64,000 nt of DNA from an uncultured Planctomycetaceae bacterium (GTDB taxonomy: Bacteria; Planctomycetota; Planctomycetia; Planctomycetales; Planctomycetaceae). The first letter of the stretch is position 1. Every line of letters begins with the position of its first letter. A program made the translations under genes and the position numbers. The stretch lies in the NCBI GenBank assembly GCA_963815195.1, contig CAWFGE010000020.1, positions 96,001-160,000 on the forward strand, written 5' to 3'. This document shows positions 1 to 12,000 of this stretch, piece after piece. The notes beneath the pieces were generated by a model that did not search any database, was not told the origin of the DNA, and was given only the letters and a program-made list of their open reading frames with translations.

Positions 1-1
1 G

Positions 2-760
2 GACCGCAAGGTCCGCGAGCGGAGCAAGCAACTCGTGCGCTCGGAACGGCTGGCGGGGATCGGCTTTCTCGCGGCGGGCGTCGCGCATGAGATCAACAAT
101 CCCCTGCAAGCCATCGGCATGGCCGGGGAATCGCTCGAAAACCGCATGACCGACCTCCTCGCCGACGCGGACGAAGGCGACCGCGACGTGGTGAAATCCT
201 ATTTGAAGATGATCCAATCCGAAGCCGACCGCTGCCAGCACATCACGCGGAAGCTCTTGGATTTCGCCCGCGGCCAGGATGCGACGCGGTCGCGGTTCGA
301 CCTGACGCAAATCGTGCGGGAAGTCATGTCGATGGTGCAGCACATGAGCAAGTTCCAAGGCCGAAAGATCGAGTTTCCCCAAGACCGGCCCTGCTACGTG
401 GAAGTCAACGGGCCGGAGATCAAACAGGTCGTCTTGAACCTCGTGGCGAACGCCCTGGAGAGCATGGACGAGACGGGCATCTTGCGGATTTCCTTGAAGG
501 AAGAAATGGACCAGGTGCTGCTGGTGTTCAAAGACGACGGCTGCGGCATGTCGCCGGACGTGATCGAAAACCTGTTCGAGCCGTTCTACACGCAGCGGCG
601 CGACGGAAAAGGCACGGGGCTCGGGATGTCGATCAGCCAGCGGATCATCGGCGACCACGGCGGCACGATCGAAGCCAAAAGCCCAGGCCCCGGCCAAGGC
701 AGCACCTTCCTCGTGCATCTGCCCCGCCGATCCACGGAAACCCTCACCGCCGCGGCATAG
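2..760 (+). CDS. Sensor histidine kinase, C-terminal part (HisKA + HATPase_c); 5' end outside the window
   Basis: H-box AHEINNPL, N-box VVLNLVANA, DDGCG, F-box LFEPFYT, GTGLG; frame open from position 2. Confidence 0.92.
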   Translation, partial: DRKVRERSKQLVRSERLAGIGFLAAGVAHEINNPLQAIGMAGESLENRMTDLLADADEGDRDVVKSYLKMIQSEADRCQHITRKLLDFARGQDATRSRFDLTQIVREVMSMVQHMSKFQGRKIEFPQDRPCYVEVNGPEIKQVVLNLVANALESMDETGILRISLKEEMDQVLLVFKDDGCGMSPDVIENLFEPFYTQRRDGKGTGLGMSISQRIIGDHGGTIEAKSPGPGQGSTFLVHLPRRSTETLTAAA

Positions 761-765
761 GTTCG

Positions 766-1533
766 TTACCGCCAGGCGCGCGTTTGATATTTGTCCCGCT
801 CCAACTCGCGCGCGGCCCCGGCGATCTCATCCGGAAGCTTCGACTGCGGATGGAATTCGACCGCGGTTTCGCCGAGGGGATTCGACAGAACCTGGCCGAT
901 TCGCGTGGCGAGATTTTGAATCAACTCCGGCACCGCAACGGGCGTTTCCGCGAGATCCAGCAGGCCCGGAAACTCTGGGGCGAATGGCGAGCGTTCGAGC
1001 AGCAAACTCCCATGCTGAAGCACCGCCCCCCGCCGGCGTCGTTGGGCACTGCCTACGATTTTATGGCGCCCAAACACAATGTCCCGCGGATCCTGCCGCC
1101 CGAAACAGAGAAAGGTCTTGTTGCCCGGATCCGCCGCGGCGGAACCGCGCAGGTCGGCGCTGATTTGCAGCTCGGCAAGGAGTTTGATGACCTGCCGATG
1201 CACGTGCTCGTACAGACTCACCGGTTCCGCAGCCCAGGGATGCTCCGGCGGCAAAACGCAGGAATACGTCCATTCCAAATGATGCAAAATCGCCCCGCCG
1301 CCGGAGAGCCGGCGGACTCGAGCTAACGGCTTAAGCTCTTCAGGAAGATTGTCTGGCTGGATTTTCTGAAAATATCCCAAAGAGAGCGTCGGTTCGTTCC
1401 AGCGGTAAAACCGGACCGCCGAGAAATTGTGCCGACGCGCCGCTTCCAAGAGGGCCTCGTCCACCGCCATGTTCCACGCCCCGGAATGGGGTTCCGGTTC
1501 AATCAATAACAAAAACGAGGCGGAATGCGGCAT
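766..1533 (-). CDS. Lipoate-protein ligase A / LipM-type octanoyltransferase family
   Basis: NMAVDEALL, PTLSLGYFQ, RRLSGGGAILH, KIVGSAQRR, LQHGS motifs; directly downstream of gcv genes. Confidence 0.88.
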   Translation of the reverse strand: MPHSASFLLLIEPEPHSGAWNMAVDEALLEAARRHNFSAVRFYRWNEPTLSLGYFQKIQPDNLPEELKPLARVRRLSGGGAILHHLEWTYSCVLPPEHPWAAEPVSLYEHVHRQVIKLLAELQISADLRGSAAADPGNKTFLCFGRQDPRDIVFGRHKIVGSAQRRRRGAVLQHGSLLLERSPFAPEFPGLLDLAETPVAVPELIQNLATRIGQVLSNPLGETAVEFHPQSKLPDEIAGAARELERDKYQTRAWR

Positions 1534-1570
1534 GAGATAACGTAGTGCATTTTCAATGCTAAGAATTCGG

Positions 1571-1635
1571 ATCAGCCGGACGCGCTAGCGTCCGGTTTGC
1601 TCGGCGAAAACCGGGGCGAGCGCCCTGCGGCTAAT
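1571..1635. repeat. REP-like inverted doublet, family E (ATCAGCCG..GCTAGC..CGGTT / AACCGGGGCGAGCGCCCTGCGGCTAAT)
   Basis: Near-identical copy at 49340-49403; related copies at 55137-55200 and 56584-56609. Confidence 0.8.
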
Positions 1636-1700
1636 TTTTTCAACCCGAAATTCATGCTCTGACCGAGCAGTAGATCGATCTCGGCGGCTGGGAGTCGCCG

Positions 1701-3194
<1,494 letters not shown>

Positions 3195-3263
3195 ATCAGT
3201 TTTCGGTTTTCGGTTGGAGACTGGTCCGGCTCGCCTGGGGATCCCGTTTTGCTGACGGTCGGA

Positions 3264-4622
3264 TCAATGGGACAGGCAATCCACAAGGCGGTCGATTTCC
3301 TCGCGGGTGCGTTTTTCCGTGACGGCCACCAAGAGCGCGTCGTCCACGCGGGGCAATTCCGAACGCAGCACGGGGAACCGTGAAAGCACCGGTCCGAGAT
3401 CGAAACCGGCTTTCCGGGCTTTGTCGAGGATTTCCACGCTTCGCCGCCCGCCGATGTGGAGAACAAACTCCTTGAAGAAGGGCCGATCGAACAGCAACTC
3501 GACGCCGGGAAGCTTTGTCAGCGCCTCGGCCGCGTAATGGGCTTTCCGGCAGCAGAGTTCGGCGGTTTCGCGAAGACCGGCCGGTCCCTGGAGCGCCAGA
3601 TACACCGTGGCCCTGAGCGCCAACAGGCCTTGATTCGTGCAGATGTTGCTCGTGGCTTTGTCGCGGCGGATATGCTGCTCGCGGGCTTGCAGGTTGAGCA
3701 CGAAACACGGCTTGCCGGTGCGGTCCACCGTTTGCCCGATGAGCCGGCCCGGCATTTTTCGCATGCACTGTTCCGTGCACGCCATGATGCCCAACAGCGG
3801 TCCGCCGTACTGCATGGGAATGCCCAGCGACTGGCCCTCGGCGACCGCAATATCGGCCCCATAATCGCCCGGGCGTTTTAAGAGCCCCAAACTGATCGGA
3901 TCGAACGAGACGACCGCGAGCGCGCCGCTGTTGTGGGCGATTTCCGCGAGTTGCTCGGGCTGTTCCAGGCAGCCAAACACGCTCGGCTGCTGAAAAATCA
4001 GGCAGGCCGTTTGCCCGTCGACCGCGGCTTCCACGTCGGCCAGGTTCACCGTGCCTTCCGCCGCCGGCACGACCACAACTTCGCTGGAGAGATTGCCGAA
4101 ATACGTATTGATCACCTGCCGATATTCGGGATGCACCGACCCCAGCACCACAATCTTCTCGTGCCGGCGGGTGACGCGCATCGCCATGAACGCGGCTTCG
4201 CTCAAAGCCGTCGCCCCTTCGTACAGGCTCGCGTTGGAGACATCCATCGCGGTGAGCTGGCAGATCAAAGTCTGGTATTCAAAAAACGCCTGCAAACTGC
4301 CTTGGCTGGCTTCGGCCTGGTACGGGGTGTAGGCGGTGTAATATTCGCCCCGGCGGACAATCTCATCCACCGCGGCGGGAACGAAGTGATCGTACACCCC
4401 GCCGCCCAGGAAACACGCCCGGTCCGTCGCCCCCAGGTTCTTCCGCGCGAGCTCGCGGAGATGGGATTCCAATTCCATTTCGGACAGAGGCGGGGGCAAT
4501 TCGAGCGGCCGGTCCAGCCGCAGCTCCAGGGGAATCTGGTCAAACAGCGAGGAGATCGAATCCACGCCGATGTCTTTGAGCATGGCGCGCTGCTGCTCGC
4601 CGGTATTGAGAATATAACTCAC
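3264..4622 (-). CDS. gcvPA: Glycine dehydrogenase (decarboxylating) subunit 1
   Basis: YTAYTPYQAEASQG, SNASLYEG, REQHIRRDKATSNICTNQ. Confidence 0.95.
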   Translation of the reverse strand: MSYILNTGEQQRAMLKDIGVDSISSLFDQIPLELRLDRPLELPPPLSEMELESHLRELARKNLGATDRACFLGGGVYDHFVPAAVDEIVRRGEYYTAYTPYQAEASQGSLQAFFEYQTLICQLTAMDVSNASLYEGATALSEAAFMAMRVTRRHEKIVVLGSVHPEYRQVINTYFGNLSSEVVVVPAAEGTVNLADVEAAVDGQTACLIFQQPSVFGCLEQPEQLAEIAHNSGALAVVSFDPISLGLLKRPGDYGADIAVAEGQSLGIPMQYGGPLLGIMACTEQCMRKMPGRLIGQTVDRTGKPCFVLNLQAREQHIRRDKATSNICTNQGLLALRATVYLALQGPAGLRETAELCCRKAHYAAEALTKLPGVELLFDRPFFKEFVLHIGGRRSVEILDKARKAGFDLGPVLSRFPVLRSELPRVDDALLVAVTEKRTREEIDRLVDCLSH

Positions 4623-4765
4623 GGTTTGCCTCGAAGAGTCAAACGATCAAACGCCGGGGCACCGGGGCGAATCGCCTCCGGGCCGGCCGGTGGGTGTTTT
4701 CAAAAATGTCTGGGGAACAGGTCCAATCGGCTGGGAAGATCAGGCGTGAACGTCGGCATAACCCG

Positions 4766-5152
4766 CTAATGGCTTTCGGATTGACAGTGTTCCTCATAGG
4801 CGGCCCGGTCCATCAGCGAGTCCAATTCGGAAGGATCGGCGAGTTTCATCTTGATGATCCAGCCCTTGCCGAAGGGATCATCCGAAAGGGCGGCGAGGTC
4901 CTCTTCCAAATCTGAATTGGCGGCCGTCACCTCTCCCCCAACCGGAGCGTACAAATCGCTCGCCGCCTTGACGCTTTCGACCACGCCGAATTCATCGCCG
5001 GCGGTCAAGGTCTTCCCCAAGGGAGGAAGCTCGATATAGACCAGATCCGTCAGTTGTTTGACGGCGAAATCGGAGATCCCGATCGTGGCTTCGTCGCCAT
5101 CCACGTGAACCCATTCGTGAGATTTCGAAAATTTGGCGTTCGAGGGATCCAT
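4766..5152 (-). CDS. gcvH: Glycine cleavage system H protein
   Basis: SHEWV, GISDFA, lipoyl motif VESVKAASDLYAPVGG; own ATG at 5152 with GGAAGGA RBS 8 nt upstream, although in frame with rpiB. Confidence 0.93.
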   Translation of the reverse strand: MDPSNAKFSKSHEWVHVDGDEATIGISDFAVKQLTDLVYIELPPLGKTLTAGDEFGVVESVKAASDLYAPVGGEVTAANSDLEEDLAALSDDPFGKGWIIKMKLADPSELDSLMDRAAYEEHCQSESH

Positions 5153-5372
5153 CGCCAAGGTCCTTCCGGGAAGGGGGGGAAATGATTTCTGTGTTTTGGT
5201 TCTCAAACGGAGAGCGAAGGCTTCGGAAACTGCATCTCGCGTCCGCACTAAAACTCTCCGCCCGACTACCATAACGCTCCGGCGGTCCGATGAAAAGGTT
5301 TCGGATGGCGAGAATTTCCCGGCGGGATTCACGAAGAGGATTTCGTGTCGGAACTCGTGGTCCCCGGCACGT

Positions 5373-5839
5373 TCAGGCACGCCGGATTCCGCCTGGCCGT
5401 TTCGGGATTCGTAGTGGGAAATCTTTTCGACCCGCTGGGCATGCCGGCCGCCTTCGAATTCCGTCTTCAGCCAGATGTCGATCATCCGGTTCACGAGCCG
5501 TTCGCCCAATAAATCCGCCGACAGGCAGAGCACGTTGGCATCGTTGTGCAGCCGGCTGTTTTCCGCGGTGAGGTCGTCGTGGCAATTCGTGGCCCGGACG
5601 CCGGGGAACTTGTTGGCGACAATGCACATGCCCATGCCCGTCCCGCAAATCAGAATGCCCCGCTCGACCTGCCCTTTCGAGACCGCGGCCGCGACTTTCG
5701 CCGCGTAATCGGGGTAGTCCACCATGTCGGCGTTCTCCGGCCCGAAATCCACGGGCGTGTGCTGCATCTCGCTCAAGAGCGCGAGGATCTTGCTCTTCAC
5801 GGAGAATCCGCGATGGTCGCTGGCAACGGCAATTTTCAT
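5373..5839 (-). CDS. rpiB: Ribose-5-phosphate isomerase B (3' end inferred; assembled frame runs on into gcvH)
   Basis: ASDHRG, DYPD, ICGTGMGM, ANKFPGVRA, HNDANVL, FEGGRH; an off-frame TGA at 5373-5375 would give ~155 aa if one base is missing. Confidence 0.88.
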
Positions 5840-5848
5840 TTCGTCAGG

Positions 5849-7020
5849 TCAACTTTCCGGGTGAGAAGAATTCCGATTCGGCCGGGGTTCCAGGTCGTCC
5901 AAAATGGCCTCCAGGTGCCGGGAAATCTCGCCGCCGCAGTATTCGTACTCCCGCGGGCCGCCGCCGATGGGGTCGGGAATGTCCGAATCCTCGGCCGAGA
6001 GCAACAGCACGCGGTCCGCGGCATCGGGGCGGGCGAACAAAATCGAATCCCGATGGCTGTGCGTCATTGTGTAAACCCGATCCGCCTGGGCCAAAAGATC
6101 GTCGGTAAGCGGCTGGCTCGAGTGGGTGTCGAGCGTGGCCCCATATCGCCGGGCGACCTCGATGGATTCCGGAGCGGCCGGTGCTCCCGGAACCGCGGCC
6201 AATCCCGCGGACACCACCGTGTAGCCTCGCGCGGGGAGTTCGTCCGGGCGCAGCCCAAGCGGTCCGCGAGCAGCTTGCAAAAAATCGCCTCCGCGAGCGG
6301 GCTGCGGCAGGTGTTGCCCGTGCACACGAACAAAATGACCTTTCCCATCATGCGATTCAGTTGGGATTCCGTCACAACGCCGGGTTCCAATAAAGTCCAG
6401 GATTCATCCTCCACGCGCACCACTGTGGGCCGTTGTTGATTGTGTCTTGGTTGATCCTCGATAATCAAGGCCACTTCCGACGCCCAAGGGCTCTGAGACA
6501 TGTCCGCGGGCGGCGTTCGCCGGTCCTCCCAAAACAAGAGCGGGGCGGGGAGCAGGTACATCGCCGACAAGGCCACCCCGTGATTGGGCACGCGAAACCA
6601 AACTTCGCTCCGGTCGCCGCCGCCCGGACGGAGCACGGCGGTCTGCGAAGCCGGCGGCAAGGCCCAGAGCAAACCTTGCTGCGGCGACATGCCGCACGCG
6701 AGCACCAGAGGACCCGGCCAGCCGCGCTGCATCAGGCGCTGGCCGGTCGGCGGCAACGCCATCACATAATCGCGCGCTTCCTCGAGGCCTTTCATGCCCA
6801 GTAACAATTCACCGCCCGCCGCGTTTCCGTCCGATCCTTCCTCCCGGCGGGCCAAGGCTTGGAGCCGGCGGACCGCTTCGGGATTCAGGCTATTCACGGC
6901 CACGACTTCTGACGTTTCGGTGGGCAAAACCACCAGATCGCCTTCCACAAGCCGATGCACCGCGCGGTGAATCAAATCGCGCGGATCATCGGCTTCGCGG
7001 AGTTTCAGCAACTCGGCCAT
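5849..7020 (-). CDS. YrdC/Sua5-like domain fused to LMW phosphatase (YwlE-type protein-arginine phosphatase); frameshift near 6250
   Basis: N-part VVLPTET, WPGPL, FRVPNH, PTVVRV; C-part FVCTGNTCRSPLAE, SAG, DIPDPIGG. Confidence 0.85.
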
Positions 7021-7492
7021 CAGGCTGCCCAAATTCAAAAACGTTTTTTACGGTATGACGAAACGACAGGCCGGCGACAGTCACCGGCTGCCCGTGATGG
7101 GATGTCTCAGTCCTATGGAGAAGCCGTCGTGCGGGCTGGAAGGAAAAAACCGAATCTCGATTTTCTATTATCCTAGTCACCGAAGATTCGCCAATCAAGC
7201 AGCACCCCCGCCAACATCCAGAAACCGCAACATCTCCCGCCTGGCATAAACCACCGCTCCCGCGTCCGGTTTTCGAGAATTGTTGAGAAAACAATGCCCT
7301 TTTGCTGAAATCGCAAAACAATTGAAAAATCATAACCTATTTTACTGCAATTGGTTACGTGGCTTGTTGGTTCTGCCTGCGCCCCGTGCCCGTCGCGGGG
7401 ACAAGATGCCGCCGCTACGTTGTGAATTTTCGAGAATATCGCTATGCTCCCCGCGTGTTGTCCCTGGAAATCCAAGAGCAGGAGGCTCGCCC

Positions 7493-8508
7493 ATGAACAA
7501 TTCACCCAGCCGCCTGGGATATTTCATATTGCTCCGCCTTAGGGTCCAGGGAAATCCGCCGAATCAAGCCGCACTCGATCGCGCGTTGAATCCCTATTTT
7601 TCGTGCCGGCTCGGGTTGTCGGACGGCCAATGGCGGATGCTGTTGGCGAACACCTTGAAGGAACTCGCCGCCCAAGGCTGGATGGAGCAGAACCCCTACC
7701 GCCTCACCGCGGCGGGGCGTGCGGAATGCTCTCGGTTTCTGGGCACCTCAGAACTCCCCGCGGCTGGCACCTGGACCAAACTGCGGAATCGGCAACTCAT
7801 GGCGCGGGCTCTGGGCATCACGCCGCAGACGGAGGCCAAGTGGGAGCGGCTGGCGTCCGCCGATGGGCTGCGGGCGGCGGTTCTGGTCAAGTTCTACCAA
7901 CTGCCGATCGATCCGCTCCCCACGCCGAGCCAGGCCCTCAAAGCCCTCGCCGAGCAACAACTCGATTCCTCGTCGCCGCAAGATGCCGCGAGGAATTGCT
8001 GCGGGCCGCGCTGCTTCCCGATCGGCCGGGCGAACTCAAAGTCTGCCTGCCCGCGGCCGTGACCAAAGCGGCGAACACGAGCATGGAATCCCTCCGGCGG
8101 GCGGTCATCAACCGCTGGCTCAACGGCTGCGACGCCCATGAATACAAAATCCTGCATTCCTCGGAAAACGATTCCGTCGGCGAATCCGCCTTCGACTTGG
8201 CCACATTCGCCCGCCGGGTCCGGGAATTGGCCCGAAATGCAACAACGGGGCAGTTTGGGGGCAACAAAGTCTTTCTCTCCCACATTTGGGAGGAATACGA
8301 TCGGCAGACTCCACCCGCCGCCATGACTCGCGAAACATTTAACGCCCACCTCCTCGAAGCCAACCGGCGGAATCTGATCACCTTGAGCCGGGCGGATTTG
8401 ATCTCCGAGATGGATCCCGAGGAGGTGGAGGCGTCCGAAATCGCCCTGCCGCACGCCACGTTCCATTTCCTCCGCACTGATGCCGCTCAAGATCACTTAC
8501 GGAAATGA
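7493..8508 (+). CDS. Hypothetical protein, possible winged-helix domains; frameshift near 7985
   Basis: GGAGG RBS at 7481, ATG 7493; ORFs 7280-8062 and 7603-8508 join into a coherent ~338-aa protein (YRLTAAGR; FGGNKVFLSHIW...LSRADL). Confidence 0.7.
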
Positions 8509-8569
8509 GCGGCTGGGCGCGAGCCGCCGGTTTTGTGTGCAGGACCGGCGGCCCACGCCCGGCCGGTCA
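8503..8569. repeat. REP-like inverted doublet (AAATGAGCGGCTGGGCGCNAGCCGCCGG)
   Basis: Same 28-mer at 15270; imperfect inverted partner follows; lies between convergent genes. Confidence 0.7.
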
Positions 8570-10003
8570 GGCGAGGATTTTCTCCACCACGTTCCCGGCC
8601 ACGTCGGTCAGCCGGAAATCCCGGCCCTGGAAGCGGAACGTCAGCCGCTTGTGATCGATGCCCAAAAGCCTCAGAATCGTGGCGTGGAAATCGTTGACGT
8701 GCACGACATCCTCCACGGCGCCGTAGCCGAGTTCGTCGGTCTTGCCGTGGGTGATTCCGCCTTTGATGCCGCCGCCGGCCATCCACAGCGAAAAGCCTTT
8801 GATGTGGTGGTCGCGTCCGTTGCCTTGGGCCATCGGGGTCCGCCCGAACTCGCCGCCCCATACGACCAGGGTGTCTTTGAGCATATCCCGCTGCTTCAAA
8901 TCTTTGATGAGCGCCGCACTCGCGCGGTCGACCTCGCCGGCCGTGCCTTCCGCGGCCCGCTTCACGCCGCCGTGGTGGTCCCAAGCCCGGTGATAAAGCT
9001 GGACGAACCGCACGCCCCGTTCCGCCAGCCGCCGGGCCAGCAAACAGTTCGCCGCGAACGAGCCGTCCCCGCCCTGGGTCCCGTAAAGATCGAAGACATG
9101 CTTGGGCTCTGCGGAAACGTCCATCAGCTCTGGCACGCTTTTTTGCATGCGAAACGCCGTCTCGTAGGCGTTGATCCGCGTGGCGATTTCGGGATCGCGA
9201 ACGACCTGGCTTTGGATTTTGTTGAGTTCTTGAACCGCTTCGACCACGTCCGCTTGGCGTTCGCGGGTCACGCCCGGGGGATTGGTGACATACAGCACCG
9301 GATCGCCGGTCGAGCGAAATTCCACGCCCTGGAACCGGCTCGGCAAAAACCCGCTGTGCCACTGCCGGGCCGCGATGGGTTGGGCCTGTCCAAATTTTCC
9401 CAACGACGTTAACACGACAAACCCCGGCAGGCTGTCGCTTTCGCTGCCCAGTCCGTAATTGATCCACGATCCCATCGAAGGCCGGCCGGAAATCAGCGAG
9501 CCGGTGTTCATGTACGTGTGGGCGGGATCGTGATTGATCGCCTCGGTCACCATCGAATTGATGATGCACAAATCATCCGCCACGCTGCCGAGTTGTGGAA
9601 AGATGCTCGCCAGCCGCTGGCCCGATTCGCCGAACGATTGGAACGGATGCTGCGGTGCGAGGCACGTCAACTTTCGGCCCTGGAGCTGCGCGATCGGCTT
9701 GCCCTTGGTGAAGGACTCGGGCATGGGCTTGCCGTCCATTTTGGCGAGTTCCGGCTTGTCGTCGAGCGTTTCCAGATGCGAAGGCCCGCCGGCCATGCAC
9801 AGATAAATAATCCGTTTCGCCTTGGCGGGAAAGTGCAGCGGATTGACGACGCCCGGCCACTGTTCCGTATTCACGGCCTCCCCAGCCGTCGCCGACCGCC
9901 CGAACAACGAGGCGAGCACGGCCGCCCCAATCCCCGCTGTCCCCGTGTTCAGAAAGGTTCGCCGGCGGATTGGAATTGGCAAAGACAACGCGTTTTGCCG
10001 CAT
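8567..10003 (-). CDS. DUF1501 family protein (Tat-exported, Planctomycete-typical)
   Basis: RRTFL Tat motif, AKRIIYLCMAGGPSHLETLD, LARRLAERGVRFVQL, WDHH, GEFGRTP, GRDHH. Confidence 0.92.
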   Translation of the reverse strand: MRQNALSLPIPIRRRTFLNTGTAGIGAAVLASLFGRSATAGEAVNTEQWPGVVNPLHFPAKAKRIIYLCMAGGPSHLETLDDKPELAKMDGKPMPESFTKGKPIAQLQGRKLTCLAPQHPFQSFGESGQRLASIFPQLGSVADDLCIINSMVTEAINHDPAHTYMNTGSLISGRPSMGSWINYGLGSESDSLPGFVVLTSLGKFGQAQPIAARQWHSGFLPSRFQGVEFRSTGDPVLYVTNPPGVTRERQADVVEAVQELNKIQSQVVRDPEIATRINAYETAFRMQKSVPELMDVSAEPKHVFDLYGTQGGDGSFAANCLLARRLAERGVRFVQLYHRAWDHHGGVKRAAEGTAGEVDRASAALIKDLKQRDMLKDTLVVWGGEFGRTPMAQGNGRDHHIKGFSLWMAGGGIKGGITHGKTDELGYGAVEDVVHVNDFHATILRLLGIDHKRLTFRFQGRDFRLTDVAGNVVEKILA

Positions 10004-10352
10004 GGCAGACTCCCAGTCAATAGTTCCGCTCGAAATGCCGATTTGAAAATATCAACCTCATTTTGGCCGGAAACACTGCCTCCGTCAAACGTCGCTCTAC
10101 AAACCTCTTCTGAACCTCCATTTTCGGCAAACCTGGTGCGACAGGGGCATCAAACGAATTTGGATAACCTGACGGTTTTAATGCGTTTGCAAAAGAAGCG
10201 CAAGACGGGGAAGCCGAGTCCCGCGACTCGTGTTGACCCTGGAAAACACGAAGAGTATAGTCCGCCGCATTTTGAGCCAACCGTGCCCGGCCCCGCGACC
10301 TTGCGAGGACAGTTTTCGCCGGTTTTGATTTTTTGAAGAGAAATCCCACGTC

Positions 10353-11135
10353 ATGACCGCCTATCTGCAATCAATTTGGAGCACGCGGTTTTTTCTGTTG
10401 TCGCTCGTCAAATACGATCTGAATACCCGCTACCGGCGATCCGTTTTGGGGATCGGCTGGTCGCTGCTTCAGCCGATTGGGATGACGATCGTGCTGTGCA
10501 CCGTGTTTCACCGGCTGTTCGGGTTGGACATTCGCGAGTTCGGGCCGTTTCTCCTCGCGGGGCTTTCCTTCTGGAGCTATTTCACCAACGCGGTGATCAC
10601 CGGCTGCCAGTCGTTCTTCCAGGCGGAAGCCTACATGAGGCAATATCCCGCGCCGCCCGCCATTTATCCCTTGCGAGTTGCGCTCGGGTCCATGTTTCAC
10701 CTGATGATGGCCTTGGGAATCGTGCTCATCCTCAGCTGGATCTTAAAAGGTTTCGGAAATCTGCCCGCGCTCGTTTCGCTCGTCCCCACGCTGTTTTTGC
10801 TGTTGATCTTTGGCTGGTCGGTGGCAACGTTGGCCGCTTTGGCCAATACCTATTTTCCGGACGCCCAGCATCTGACGGACCTGGCCCTGCAAGTCATGTT
10901 CTACATGACGCCCATTTTGTATCCGCCCGAGATTCTGGAAGCCAAAGGGCTGGGCTGGGTCGTGCAATATAACCCCATTGCCTCGCTGCTCGATCTAATC
11001 CGGGAGCCGGTGCTCCACGGCGAGTTTCCCAGCATGGCCGCCGTCGCGACGGCCGTCGTGCTCGTCAGCATCACCGCGGGCATCGCTTGCACGGCCCTCG
11101 TCAAACTTCAACGCCAACTCGTGTTTCACATCTAA
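10353..11135 (+). CDS. wzm: ABC-2 polysaccharide exporter permease (Wzm/RfbA type)
   Basis: RYRRSVLGIGWSLLQP, FYMTPILYP, YNP; six hydrophobic segments. Confidence 0.9.
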   Translation: MTAYLQSIWSTRFFLLSLVKYDLNTRYRRSVLGIGWSLLQPIGMTIVLCTVFHRLFGLDIREFGPFLLAGLSFWSYFTNAVITGCQSFFQAEAYMRQYPAPPAIYPLRVALGSMFHLMMALGIVLILSWILKGFGNLPALVSLVPTLFLLLIFGWSVATLAALANTYFPDAQHLTDLALQVMFYMTPILYPPEILEAKGLGWVVQYNPIASLLDLIREPVLHGEFPSMAAVATAVVLVSITAGIACTALVKLQRQLVFHI

Positions 11136-11204
11136 CCTCTCCCCCTCCAAACCCGTTTTGAAAAACCGTTGCGGTCGTTGATCCTAGAGGAGTCGTTGTC
11201 AACG

Positions 11205-11985
11205 ATGACTTATATGGAACTGGATAATGTCTCTCTGCGGTTTCGCGTGCGGAGGCGAGGAAAAGTCAGCCTGAAGGAATACTTGCTCAAACGCATGTTC
11301 CGAAAATCGGTCAATCCCGTGATGGAAGTCCGCGCGCTGAACCAAATCTCCTTGAATCTTCAACCCGACGAACGCTACGGCATCATCGGGCACAACGGGG
11401 CGGGGAAAAGCACGCTGCTCAGGCTCTTGGGAGGCATCTATCCTCCCACCAGCGGGCGGAGAATCGTGGAAGGACGCATCAGACTCCTTGTTCGACCTCA
11501 CCCTTGGATTCCAGATGGAAGCCACCGGTTGGGAGAACATCGCCCTCCGCGGTTATCTGCAAGGCGAATCGCCCAAGTCGATCCAATCCAAGATTCAGGA
11601 AATCGCCGAGTTCACCGAGTTGGGCGACTTTCTGGAGATGCCCATCCGCCACTATTCCCCGGGCATGTTGGTTCGGCTGGCGTTTTCCGTCGCCACGGCC
11701 ATCGAACCGGAAATCCTGCTTATCGATGAAATCCTAAGCGCCGGCGACATGGCGTTTCAATCCAAAGCCTTGAACCGCATGAACCAGCTCTTGGACCAGG
11801 CGCATCTGATCGTGATCGTCAGCCATGACATGGATACGCTGGCAAGGTTGTGCACGCAGTTGATTTGGATGGACCACGGGCGCGTCCACCGCATCGGCGG
11901 CGTGGAGGACGTGCTCCAAGCCTACAACAATCACATGCAATCCCAGCCCAGCCTCGCCAGCGAAGCCCCCGCCGCCGCTGCTTAG
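11205..11985 (+). CDS. wzt: ABC polysaccharide exporter ATPase (Wzt type); frameshift near 11482
   Basis: Walker A GHNGAGKST, signature YSPGMLVRLAF, Walker B LLIDE, VSHD; two overlapping ORFs. Confidence 0.88.
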
Positions 11986-12000
11986 AAGTCCATCTCATCC

